The position numbers and the translations under genes were made by a program. 64,000 nucleotides of DNA, from the NCBI RefSeq assembly GCF_023055435.1, contig NW_025964383.1:10168001-10232000 (forward strand), read 5' to 3'. The notes beneath the pieces are model-generated. The model saw only the letters and a list, made by a program, of their open reading frames with translations. It ran no database searches and was not told the DNA's origin. Source of the DNA: Haliotis rufescens. Taxonomy: Eukaryota. Shown one piece after another: positions 37,442 to 49,714 of the stretch (positions are counted from its first letter, which is position 1; every line of letters starts with the position of its first letter).

Positions 37442-39131
37442 CGATAAAAGAAACATGATACTACAGGAGACACGTAAATATCTTCTATCATGTATCTCCG
37501 AGGCAAAAAGAGCAATATTTCGATACATTTTGTGAGGAAAAATAAACGTAGCTGCAGATCCATTTTAAATAATAATAGTTGATACTGAACACAGCAACTT
37601 GTACTAACTAGTTATAATAATTTGTAAACATCGGGAAATACCCGCTTGTGCAGTCACAGCTAAATGTAGCATACTTCCCCGAGATCAGTATTTTCCTACT
37701 TTCCCTTTCTCTATGAGAATGTTGAGGCTAATGCACTGACAGAAACACGTTTACATGATCAGGTAAGACAAATACAATTTCCTTCGCATTGGATAGACGT
37801 AACAGGTCAAAACGCAGCAGATATATTGTCTAATCTACGTGTAGCTATTGTGGAAATTGTTAAGACGCTCCTGATTTGGACCATACGCTTATGTGATATC
37901 ACCTCTTTCCTTAACCAACATTGTGTTACAGTATTTGTAATGCTGATAGCGTGAGCTACAACTGTGTGGCAGCTTGTATTGAGTTAACATACCAGCAAAC
38001 CTGGTTGTCGGTTGTTGAAGGAATATGTGTGCTTCGTGTTAATCTTTAACCTTTATGCAATCGTTTACCTTTAACCGTTGGGATAACACTAATTTAGGGT
38101 TATTGTTTACCGTCAGTTTACAGTTAAACCTTATTCTCAGACATTAACGGATATATAAAATTATTCAATATTAGTTACAATTTATAGTGTGCTTTTAACA
38201 TTTGTCGCATTTTGAGGAAATGAAGTATACCGAGAGTATAATGTTATTGTTACTTAGTTGAGGTGATAATCAAGGCGACCTTCCATATTTTAACATAGAA
38301 TTGCGCCTATTGAAGAGTTATGATCGCTTTGTGGCTCCAACGGAACGTTCGACATGGCATGAATATGAATATACACCGCGGAACAAGTTGCATGAATCAA
38401 CAAGAACGACTTGCATTGCATTGTTGATTATTCTCTGGGTTTGACGTTTTGTGTCTCTACACAGGGTTGTCTCCCAAATACTTTACTCGTACGGTTAAGC
38501 GAAACGAAAGACCAGTAAAAGTTCTACAATGACAGACGCATGTCAGGAAAGCTAAGAAATACGGAAATTTCTTTCATGACAATGTGATATTTTTTATCTA
38601 GTATTAAATGTGCTATTAAGAATTCATAGTTTGGGTTTTTAAGGTGTAATTCATTCACATATTCATCAATCTTGATGGTAGCAAAAGGTCCAGAGCAGGA
38701 CCAGCAGTTATATTTAATTTAACAATTGAGGAGTGACGTTCCGGCAGTTGACAGGACTTATTGATACATATAAACAAGGACCCTCTGGCCTCCAGATAAT
38801 ACTGATAATACTAAAACTGATAATACCAGCCAACTCCAGATGTTGGCGAGTTGTTGTCAATGAACAGTGCTTAATAGAATGATAGCATGAATAAAAGGAA
38901 ATGTAATGCCTCACTGTGATTTTAACTGCAATAATACTAAGAAAGTTCATAATGCTTTATATTCCATTCATAAAGTGCATCCGTGTGCACTAAATTTCAT
39001 TCTCTTGGACACAAACCATGCTGTCGTAGGAATCGCTAGAAGGTTGACAATATTTTAACCTCTCCCCTAGGTAATTGTCATGCAAGCTATTTATAACTAT
39101 AGATATTTGGCTTAACAAAGACAAAGATTCC

Positions 39132-39854
39132 AAAATCTGCTTTCGTCAGAAAACATGACACGTGCCCAGTTCTACCGTTGCCACCGTCGAAGTCGCCTGG
39201 CCCATATCCGCCTGTTGAGTCGGTGTTGAGGTGTCAGGAACGCTCCGCGGAAGGAGCGACGTGCTAGGATTCCATGTGCCCGCAGTCTCCTGTACACGGT
39301 TTGTCGACTGATCACGTGTCCCAGTGCCGTCCGTGCCGTTAACGTCGCCGTTACGAAGCGCTTCCAAAGGTGAAGTACCCGGATGTGGCGGTCTTCAATA
39401 GGCGTGGTCACCCGTGGTCTCCCGGTTCTCGGCCTGTCTGCTGACCGACCTGTTTGACGCAACCGCAGCATTAACCTGGTGACGGTTATGCGCGCGCATC
39501 CTAACCTTCTGGCGACGTCGCGGTGCGTAGTTCCCTGTTGGAGCATTCCTACGGCTCTCTCTCTCTCAATCGCTGTCAAACGTGGCATTTCTTTTGTGTG
39601 CTTTTTGTTGCTGTGATCCCAACGTGTCGGGTCAGCAGTTTTGTACAGAAGATATGCACGTGCATTTCGTGTTACAGGACGGAACGTCATTTGGGCAAAT
39701 TGCACGCTTTTTTCTCAATTGATCAAATGTTCCCGGTTTTATTGACCGAATCCGTTTGGTTTGGAACGTAGGATACGCAGATGGAAATTATATTAACTCT
39801 TCATAATAAAATATTTAGAAAAATGTGTGGTATCGTTTCTTTTGGATATTAGTT
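39132..39854 (-). mobile_element. Truncated Tc1-family transposon (transposase pseudogene, ATG at 39588)
   Basis: MPRLTAIERERAVGMLQQG..DVARRLG (HTH), RTGRPRVTT linker, second HTH ISRQTVYRRL, an in-frame TAG at 39172-39174, then NWARVMFSDESRF (first D of DDE); truncated after that. TIR-like end at 39854 with adjacent TA. Confidence 0.88.
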
Positions 39855-40690
39855 TAGTAGTGTGGGTTGGCTATTGCACGGCGCTGTTCAACGTTGTAAC
39901 AAACTTAACTGTTTACCTCTCTGATTACAGTTGCTGTCAAGATAGAATATAGAGCGGTTGTCGTGAGTATTTTATAAGCTGGTTCTTATCCTAGTCTACT
40001 AGTGGCGTGGTTTCAGTAGAACACAGTTGGCTGAAAACTTAGAAAGTTCAGCTTAAACCACGTAGAAGAGTTGAATCTAAGATACCATATTCTGTGATAC
40101 TCCTGTTCGTATTTTTTGTTTAAAAGGCAATATATATTTGAAAAAATGTGTAATACAGTCATATTGGTATATGCTGATACTCACAACTGAGCGTCTGTGT
40201 CCAAACACAGATGTTGGGGTGTTAGGATTTAAATAAGTAACTCAAATATTGACATAATATTACTTTACCTCTCTTAGCGGCTGTTGATCTAGTTATAACT
40301 GCGCTCTTGGAATAAAATTATCATCAACAATGTTGTATCGTGAGTTTTTATTTAACTTTCTCACGACACTCAAAGACCTCTGTAGGTCCAGGCAAGTGGG
40401 TTTTCCTCAACACGATTTGCAAGTACATGCGCTTCTCACCAGGAAGTTGGTTATCACATGTTCATCGTCATATTTCTCGAGGAATACAGCGCCTTACAGT
40501 TGTCTTTCTTGAGATTATTGTTTTACTGGAAGTATCATCTACAAACGCCTAATACACAAATATCACTAACAGTAGTTCTTCCTGTTCAAACCTGACATGC
40601 CAGCGATGATTATGCATTTAATAAGATCCGGCAATATATACAGTCACTCCCATATTCTCGAGTGTACCGATATCTCGAATGTATGTTCAC

Positions 40691-41077
40691 TTGTGTCAAC
40701 ACGTTGAGTTTAACGCCGCTTTTAACAGTATTCCAGTTATATAGCGGCGTGTAAGTTTAATGTGGGAGGAAAGCCCGAAGTGATACAGGTCTCAGACGGT
40801 TACCTCTTCTTGTGTCAACAGTTGGGTTTAACGCCGCTTTTAACAGTATTCCAGTTATATAGCGGCGTGTCAGCTTAATGTGGGAGGAAAGCCCGAAGTA
40901 ATACAGGTCTCAGACGGTTACCTCTTCGGTGAAACCCACGAGCACGGGTATGGTGTTGACAATCCTAGAAACATAATCGGGGCGAACCGGGATTCGAACC
41001 CACAATCATAGGTTTCTGGCGTGCCCAAGGGACGCAACTCTGCTCAGCGTATGGGCGACTGGGCCACCCGTGCCCCC
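40691..41077 (-). mobile_element. SINE family B with a tandem duplication of its ~119-bp 3' part
   Basis: 40691-40809 is repeated at 40810-40927; head at 41077. It lies ~260 bp upstream of the gene 5 ATG. Confidence 0.8.
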
Positions 41078-41337
41078 GTAAACAAGTTGAAAAAAACTTG
41101 AATATGCATCTTCATGCAGGAAAGTGTGTGTATGTATTACCTTAATAGCGGTTGACATGCACAGCCACCTGACATTTTGTACTTGTCACCAAAATTATCC
41201 TGAACTGGTTGCATAGAGAACTGCAGCATTTTAGACTGCGACCAAAATGTGTTCCTGAGTATTAAAATAATAGCTCGATCTTATGTGTTTCAGAATAGTC
41301 CAGCAAAACAACAAAAAACAGACGTAAAGAGTCAATC

Positions 41338-42696
41338 ATGAAAAGGATTGTGAAAGCTGTGTGTTCATCACTTCTTGTGTTGAATATAGCAGTAGGCATT
41401 GCAGTTATTTGCCATGTGTTATCCAGTATTCACGATACAGGGATGAGTAACACAGGAAGTTTGAAACAAGAAATAAGCAAGGTAAGCAGACATTGACCTT
41501 GTCATTTAAATTCCAGAGTACAATACCTGTAATATTAGATTTGATTTGATAACACTATTAAGTAATTGTCTACTTTTGTTCATATTAGTGTTGCAGATTG
41601 TCATTGTGTAAACTAATGTATTTGTCTAATCATGTTACAGATATATGAAGAACGAGTGCAATTAATGAACGATAATGATTATGATGATCATAAACGGAAA
41701 GGTGAGTAGATGAAATAATAAACAATGTCTTAAAATCTGCTTCATCCCAAATAAAGATTCAGCTGTAACAACTTTCAAGTTTGCATTATAAATAAACATG
41801 TTAAAGGTCATGATAACAACGTACGCAGTGAAAGCTGACACAAATAAGCCGTTTAAGCCATATACAATAAAATGTAGAAATGTTGTTGAATGATTCGTTT
41901 TGATCATGATGCTACGATGAAAAGTTTGTGTGATATAAAGCTATGTTTAAAACTGATACAGGTGCAAGGCAACCGAGCTCGTCAGTAGCATTCCTGAACC
42001 TACTGAAACCTGTAGCATATTTCCCTGGACTTGAGTTCCGTGGACACATTGGTAAGATATCAAACTAACTTTCATTGAGTCAAATGTACACTTATATCAT
42101 TCCCTGTATTGTTGTAACGTATTAGGGGATGTGTTTTCCTTACACGATCTTGAGACGTTGCGTTCCCCTTCAGATGTGTTTGTCCACGTTTTGTTTATCT
42201 CGCTGTAATTAATGTCTAACAAGCAATGATTCCATCAATAATGCATGTCCCTATGAACAACTTTTTTTCAGGAAGGAAAGACAATGACACACCGATAAGA
42301 ACATGGGTGCCGTTTGTTGGTCCGGGGAGACGACTCTTGTATAACGGGATGCGGTATGAGCATGGCAGCATCATAATCCCCGCCACGGGTGTGTATGTTG
42401 TATACAGCCATGTTAAGTTCTACACAGAAAGGAATCGTCGGGGAGATACAGAAACTGATTTCCACCATTCCATAATGCGATACAATGCACTAGAACAGAC
42501 GAGTACAACTGCACTTGCTGACGCAGTGTCTGAGAATAAAAACGACATCATTGACGGCGCTAGCCTGGAATACTCCAGTGACATCCATGGACTTCTGCAA
42601 CTCAATGCTGGGGATCAGTTGGTTGTTAAAGTATCAAGGATAAACCCATTAAGGCATGACAGAGACTGGCATTACTTTGGTGTATATATGATTTAA
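41338..42696 (+). CDS. TNF superfamily ligand, gene 5 (239 aa); coding exons 41338-41481, 41641-41701, 41962-42051, 42272-42696
   Basis: MKRIVKAVCSSLLVLNIAVGIAVIC; LLKPVAYFPGLEF; THD ending WHYFGVYMI*. 144+61+90+425=720 nt in frame. Confidence 0.92.
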
Positions 42697-42708
42697 ACGC
42701 TACATCTA

Positions 42709-42727
42709 GGCAATCTAATAGGTTGTT
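42709..42727 (+). promoter_or_regulatory. Conserved 3'UTR stem-loop (gene 5)
   Basis: GGCAATC-TAATA-GGTTGTT, 12 nt after the stop. Confidence 0.6.
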
Positions 42728-43068
42728 GTGATATAAAATGTATTGTCCACGAATGCCTTCACTTCATTTGTTCACTTCATATTGCTTCATGTTTTAGGTT
42801 CAAAAGTGCAGCTCTTGTACATAATCATTACAAGTAGAGTATGCATAGACCTGCATGCATATGCCATCCTTACGTTGTCAGCAAACTGGCGGGGATAATC
42901 TATTTTATAATATTGACGATATTTCCAAGAAGCTCCTTGTTTGGAATCCAATTACGGGATTCGGAATCCTATAGTCACTACACATGAGAGATAATTACTG
43001 ACAAAGTCCCCCTATTGATAAACCGATCGTTCTAAAGAGAAGAGCATCATTAGGATATTTTGTATATA

Positions 43069-43231
43069 CAGTAAACTACGTTTATAACGAACACGCTTAT
43101 AACGAACTGACGGATATAACGAAAATATTTTTTGTACCGGCCATTTGCTGTATATATACTGACACCAAACTACAGTTATATCAAACTAATATCAGTGGTC
43201 CCTTTGAGTTCGTTATAACCGTAGTTTACTG
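43069..43231. mobile_element. Tc1/pogo-type MITE (same site in the duplicated segment)
   Basis: TA|CAGTAAACTACG...CGTAGTTTACTG|TA. Confidence 0.8.
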
Positions 43232-43259
43232 TATGTTATTTGGTCAACCCAGGAGGGGA

Positions 43260-44270
43260 GTTTAGTGGTTGCTTATATAGAAATTTTGAAATTTTTAGAT
43301 TTGGAATGAATGCCAAGAGGGTACGGTGGGCCGACTAAGGGAGCTGATTATGGTGTGGTTGTTGGTTTATGTGGTTTGATTTGTTAGGTTGTTGGGTTTT
43401 AGATGCGCTTTATTAGATCTGTTTTAATTAAGTACACGCCTAAGGCTTTACATGTTTCTATTTTATTTTGGGGGTTAGGATTGCTTCTAGAGTAAGAGCC
43501 TTATTTAGATTGAGGGTTGTTTGTAGTGTAGCTCGGCGTGTTTGGTAGTGGGTGCAGTGTATGAGTGCGTGTTCTGGGGTTTCTAGGTGTTTGCAATGTG
43601 GGCAGTTTCCTGTTGCGTTTTTAAAAAAAAAAAAAATAAGGTGGCTATGTAGGTTGGTGTGTTCTGTTTGGAGTTTAGTGATTACGCTATCGATTTTTTG
43701 GGATTGACTGAGGATTCTTTTGGTTTGGTTAAAAAAAATTTAGAAGTTTTTGGATTTGGCTATTTGAGTTTTGATATAGGTTATGCCATTTTTTGATGAC
43801 TTTCCGTTTGTTGATACTTTTGATTTCTGATTTTGAGAGGTTTAAGCTTATTTCAGGGATTTTAAGGGATTGTTTAGCAGCTTTATCGACGTTTTCGTTG
43901 CCTATATTCCTACGTGGGCGGGGATCCAAATGAATACTATTTGTTTGCCTGCCTAAGTTAAGTCGTTTGTGCTTTTTGATATTTGATTTATAAGTTTAGG
44001 ACGGTTTTTGATGTTTTTATTTTGGAGGGTCTGTAATCCACTGAGGGAGTCTGTAAGAATTATGATTTTTTGGTGTTTTTTAGATTGTTGGTTATGGAGG
44101 GCTGAGGCCATGCTCATTAGCTCTGCTGTAAAGATAGATTGATTGTTTGGGAGTCGAAAAGAGTGCGTTCTTTAGTTGGTTGCACGATGTGGACTCCGAA
44201 GCCTGTGTGATTGGAGACCGGATCAGAGGATCCGTCTGCGTAGATGTGACACCAATTTGGCCAGTTTTCG
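43260..44270 (-). mobile_element. Non-LTR retrotransposon 3' fragment (RNase H + CCHC knuckle; I-group-like)
   Basis: Minus-strand motifs in order: HIYADGS, SIFTAEL, IIILTDSLS, FIWIPAHVGI/GNENVDKAAK, CPHCKHLETPEHALIHC, with frameshifts. Confidence 0.8.
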
Positions 44271-44445
44271 TGTATATCACTTCCCTTTACCTACTGCTTT
44301 TTATAGTATGGCATTTATTGCCCTAATTGATCATCCCATGAACTGTGTTGGTTAAGCACGCCCACATGTCCAATGTCCAAAGCAATGTCATTGTCTCTTT
44401 GTCTGTCCATTGTTGTTCATTACTATATATGTGCTACCATTACAC

Positions 44446-44727
44446 TGTTACTGGGGTGTTAGTCAGGCTTGGTATTCCGAGTGCTGACATAGGGACGACC
44501 TCGAGCAGGATGTGCCGCTGAAACGCCCTGAAGTGAGCTGGAGCTCCGCTCACCTCTTGTAAGCCTGAGCTGGAAGGTCCGCTCATCGCTGTGTTTGTGT
44601 TGTCAGAGCAGGTATTCCGCTCATTGTGCAGTTGTTGTTTATTGTTTACATGTTGTGCATAAAGCGTTCCGGGACAGTGATGTCGATTTTGTTCTTTATT
44701 CCCCCAAGAGCTAATTCCCCGTCAACA
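44446..44727. mobile_element. Possible solo LTR
   Basis: TGTTACTGGGG...CCCCGTCAACA (TG..CA with imperfect inverted ends); no TSD seen. Confidence 0.35.
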
Positions 44728-45846
44728 TGCGCGTTGACACATTGTTGATTTGGTTATATAATGTTTCATGTTGCTGTTTGTAAACTGATATCACTCTGAT
44801 TTCGTACTCGTATGTAGCTATGTCAACAAATACAACTTCAATCCTTAATTGATTATATTGAGTATTTTTGCAATTATAATGTTGTACGTTTTACATTTGC
44901 GGATGTTATTGAGTATTTATTGAACGTTATTTATATGTATTTCGTTTTAGCAACAATGTTTTTACTGTTGAAATCATAAACTGGTTTATATACGTCTTTA
45001 TTTACATACAACGAATATTACCACTAACAACAGGATACTCATTGAAACATATTTTGTTTGTTTTATTATTAATGTTCATTGTAATGATTTGCCTACAAAT
45101 CTACTTTAACATGTACATCTGTTAGTTTTTTAAAAAATAAATGACTAAAACAGTATTTCCAAATTCCAATGGTTCCTGATTTACAACTGACAGAAAATAA
45201 AAGAATCCCGGATTTAATGTAATATAGTACGTTTGAGGTAGACTCAGTGATGTGTGTATCTACTCTACCATACATGGGTATTTCGTCAACAATTACCATT
45301 AAGCTTATGAAAAGCGTGTTTATTCTTGCTGATGTATACGTATTTAGTTGTTTACGAATATTTCTTACACGACCGTCTCAGTAAACATGCGATATATACA
45401 ATGTACATATTGTATTCGGCAACTATGGTCCTTTCTACCCACCGTTAAAGGGCGTTACCTGTAAACTTGCTTCACTTTGTAACGTGATGAAAGGCCATGT
45501 GTGCCCTAAACAAACGTGACGTCTCATTGTCCCTCGTATGTACATATATAAAGTCCGAAGAACGTCACATTTAGACGTTTTTTATGTGGCTTGAGATCAT
45601 TATTCACTTTTGTCTAGAGAGAAAAAGCTGGAGTAAGCATTATAATAAACTGTGACGGTAGAATTTATACCATATTGACTCTTGTTGGTTAACCCCCAGT
45701 GGGTAGTGAGGTGTCAGGTGTTTGAGGACTTCTCTCTAATACACTGGTACTGAACGTAAGGCACCATGCAGCCAATCTGTATGGTGGGAAATACTTACTC
45801 AGAGTCTGAGTGCGTCCAATCTAGGTATGACGCGGCCGGGGATCGA

Positions 45847-46324
45847 TGATCATCGCCTGTCCGTGTATACCGTCAGATCTTATAATCGCCTGCCCGAGTA
45901 CACCGATGGGTATGATCATCGCCTGTCCGAGTATACCGTCAGGTCTGATCATCGCTTCTCCGAGTGTACCGCCAGGTCTGATCATCGCCTGTCCGTGTAT
46001 ACCGTCAGATCTTATAATCGCCTGTCCGAGTATACCGATGGGTATGATCATCGCCTGTCCGAGTATACCGTCAGGTCTGATCATCGCTTCTCCGAGTGTA
46101 CCGCCAGGTCTGATCATCGCCTGTCCGAGTGTATACCCTCAGATCTTTTAATCGCCTGTCCGAGTATACCACCAAGTCTGGTCATCGGTTGTCCGAGTAT
46201 ACAGCCAGGTCTGGTCATTGCCTGTCCGAGTATACCGACAGGTCTGGTCATCGGTTGTCCAAGTATACCGCCAGGTCGAATCATCGGTTGTCCAAGCATA
46301 CCGCCAGGACTGATCATTGCTTGT
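45847..46324. repeat. 33-bp minisatellite, array 2 (~14 units)
   Basis: Same unit and the same 5' and 3' flanks as array 1. Confidence 0.95.
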
Positions 46325-46544
46325 TCCCTGCCTATGTACCATGTGTCATGCGAGTTTTACCGTCATATCCTCTATGTGGTACTGTCAAGGCAGGTAAAGT
46401 GAGTTACATACCGACACAGCTCAAATGAATACCATCTTGTAGCAAATGTTGAAGTAGAAATGGTAACAGCGTTAGAATAAATTAATCATCAAGATTATTG
46501 TATTTTCTTTGAGAGGCATTAAGAAGTTGGAGTACTAAGTAAGG

Positions 46545-46630
46545 ATAAGATATATGGATGAACAACTTCTTTATTACAATTAGGAGCGACGTTTCGGTGC
46601 AGGTTCTAACATCTTTATCAAGCAAGTGAC
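46545..46630 (-). mobile_element. Penelope-like terminal remnant with a minimal hammerhead-like core (46586-46623)
   Basis: Minus strand GC-TTGATAA-AGATGT-tagaacct-GCACC-GAAACGTC-GC followed by AATAAA; (TA)n nearby. A partial copy lies at about 34968-35024. Confidence 0.5.
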
Positions 46631-46831
46631 GTACATGGTTGACAAGTATATATACAGGTAGGAGGCAGTGTTGAAACAAATGAGTAAATATCAGATATGC
46701 TGGGTTTTGTGTAGGGCTTTATTACAGTCAATCCGTTTCTGTGGTGACATAATATTATGCAACGGTAAAATAGGGAAGGAGTTGTTTAAAATTTATCATC
46801 GTTTTGTAGACGATATTCCTGTTTCCCTTGG

Positions 46832-46878
<47 letters not shown>

Positions 46879-46913
46879 TGAATTCGCTCTTGTATCCGAT
46901 GGTATATCTATTT

Positions 46914-46976
46914 TCAAATTATAATATATGCTCCAAAATAATGCCAAGCCTTTTCAGGCTTTAACAGTTCCAAATG
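46914..46976 (-). pseudogene. Duplicated THD C-terminal fragment HLELLKPEKAWHYFGAYIII*
   Basis: Minus-strand translation matches the last ~20 residues of genes 3/6. It lies ~300 bp downstream of the gene 6 stop. Confidence 0.8.
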
Positions 46977-47249
46977 TTCAAGTTTAAATATCGGACATCT
47001 AAATGTATAGAACAACTTCATTTCAGGTTTGTGACCCCAGTTTGCAAACATAACAAAAAAATCGAATTGGCATTTTCAAGTGTGTCAGTATATATATTCA
47101 TGTCTGTGAAAATATACATTGGTTCCATATTTATTCATGTACGCATCTTAAAGCATTAGGCATCATACGTAATTTGAATTTCATTTCAAACCTTGACACA
47201 TCTAAATGCACTACGGAATATACACCATTTGAATTTATTTTAAAACGTT

Positions 47250-47267
47250 GACAACCACTGGATTGCC
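47250..47267 (-). promoter_or_regulatory. Conserved 3'UTR stem-loop (gene 6)
   Basis: Minus strand GGCAATC-CAGT-GGTTGTC, 13 nt after the stop. Confidence 0.6.
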
Positions 47268-47280
47268 TTGAAAAGAAAAT

Positions 47281-48881
47281 TTAAATCATATAGACTCCAA
47301 AATAATGCCAATCCTTGTCAGGCTTTAACAGTTCCAAATGCGACACATTTACTATCACCTGGTCTCCAGCATTCAGCTGCACCAAACTGTGGATGTCACT
47401 GGAGTATTCCAGACTTGCTCCGTCAATGACATTGTTCTTGTTCTCACACACGATGTTCCCCGATACAGTCTCTGTCTGTTGCGACACAGCATTGTATCGT
47501 GTTATGCTGTGATGGAAATCGAGCTCGGGATCAACGCGATGATTTTTTTCTGTGTAAAATTTTACATGGGAATAGACGACATACACTCCAGCGGTTGGGA
47601 TTGAAACACTTCCGTTTTCATACTCCATGTTCTTGTGCAAGTATTGCACTGATCCAACGAAATCTATCCAATTCCGTACTGCAGTGTTTGTAGGTGTATC
47701 TGTAAAACAGAAGTAGAGGAGTGACAAAAACATAGAAATATATGTGCGATACGATTGCATTCATGGGTATGTTGGCTTTCTCAGGAAAACGAATATTTGT
47801 TTTGTTATCACTTTCACTTTATTTCGAACAAATCGCTGATCAGTGTGTATCAAGGGGTGGGGCCTCCAATACCTCGTTTAAGGGGCGGGGTTACTACAAT
47901 ATAAGTTACTACAAGTCCAGCTCTCTGCACCACAAAATACTTTCTTATATACGTTGACTGACGAGAGCAATGTGACTGACATGAAGTATCGAATATCTGC
48001 CCCTCGAAATATCTCGTGATGCGCTCGTTATCCAATTCACCAATTAACACTTTTTTCCAGTAATGATAAATTCTTATTCCGCACTGTTAGAGATAACAGG
48101 GTTCGACTCTATCATGAAATCTTATTAAAATGGTAATATTGTTTGATTGATACATTTGATATCCGGTAACACTAGTACTGTTAACATACAACTGCCCTGC
48201 AACAAAACGAAGCTGGAGGTATTTGAAATATATGCTGATAAGATGAGAAGATCATACCTTCGTCGTTTTCGCCGAAGTTAAGTCCTGTCAGAAATGCGAT
48301 GGGTTTCAGAGTATTCCGATATTCTAGTGACGTGGTCTGTTGTTCACCTGTATTAATTTAAATTCATGACAGCAGATCACCATTTATGCAATGCTTCGCA
48401 TGGTGGTAATATGTATACATTCTTATGACAAAGGAAGAAATAATTGTTTTCGGACTTCATATATCAGAAGCACTCCCCTACCCTACTCTACACAGATATC
48501 TATGCGGTCAGCATAGTACCTCTGTCACAGGCCAGCGCCATGTTATGATTTATCACATCTTACGCAGTCCATTCAAAATACAGCGTACTTTTTCATTTTT
48601 GACAATTCTGAACATGTTGCTAAACATATGTGATCGAATGGTTATCTTTCACTAAGTAAATATTCCTTAACGTGAAAAAACATTTCCATTTGCATAGTTT
48701 ACATTTGCTGAAGGACTCCACGTGCTGTCATGGAAGCCCAACGGAGAAATAGCTGTACGACCGTTTTGATGCATAAAGATAAATTGTTATGAACCTGGCT
48801 GTCGAAGTTGTAGAAGCATATCTATATAATTATGCAAAACAATATGTAAAGAGGGTTAACTTCTTTATTATGTTGCCACGG

Positions 48882-48915
<34 letters not shown>

Positions 48916-49714
48916 TCTCTGCCTCATAGCATTTTTCACCTAATGAAGGAGTATGTTTTTACTCCGACGAGTTGTGTTCTTCATAATACAGAAGTTAACA
49001 TCCATAATTTGTCTTCGTGTGTATCACTATCAAAGACTTAATATGTAAAGTGCATCGAAATGCTTGCAAAAGACCAGTCTCTTCGCATTTCAGGATATAC
49101 GCGTCTGTTTACAAACAAGATAAAAGCATGGTCACGTGATACTAGTATAAACATTATGTGACAGTGGTGTAATCGGTGATTTAAGAACATTCAATGGAAA
49201 CCGAGCGAAACGTGTAATTCTACAACACAAGAAAACCTACTTACCACGGGGATGGTGCAGAGTCTGTTGATGATCATCATAAATCTGCAATGACCAGTAA
49301 TATAGTTTATGTTCTATTTTATTGTTAGAATAGTAAATGACATGCTTAATTAGTTACAAACATGTGTAGTCCCAGAGATGTTCCAAAAACTCGATGATGA
49401 TATATGACCAACAAAGAGATCTACAGACTATTGCATATTTTTTTCTGTCCATATTTATCCACTTGATTGATGTAAGTTCGTACATTTTTCACTGCAACCT
49501 GTACTATATATTTTCTACTGACAATAGAAAACAAGTTGATTTGGATGGTCAAAAAGTTAATTTCATTTCATATTCGTACTTCGTCGATCTGCTTCTTCAA
49601 CTCCTCGGCAGTGTTCCAGAGTGTTGCAGCAGTTGCCACAACACAAATCACTGCGATTCCAACAGCTATGTTAAGGACGAGCACAGCAGCGACGACTGCT
49701 TTCGTCGGTTGCAT
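47281..49714 (-). CDS. TNF superfamily ligand, gene 6 (227 aa, inverted paralog of gene 3); coding exons 49714-49580, 49284-49245, 48347-48258, 47699-47281
   Basis: MQPTKAVVAAVLVLNIAVGIAVIC; IYDDHQQTLHHPR; TLKPIAFLTGLNF; THD ending WHYFGVYMI*. 135+40+90+419=684 nt in frame on the minus strand. Confidence 0.9.
48853..49030. mobile_element. Decayed Penelope-like remnant in gene 6 intron 2
   Basis: Inverted pair gttaacttctttattatg / cataatacagaagttaac around (TA)n; degenerate core CTAATGA-AGGAGTA..TACTCC-GACGA. Confidence 0.4.

Noticed and set aside
41680-41975. Furin shedding site in the stalk (HKRKGAR / HERKGAR)
   Set aside because: Basic cluster but not R-x-[KR]-R, and absent in other paralogs.
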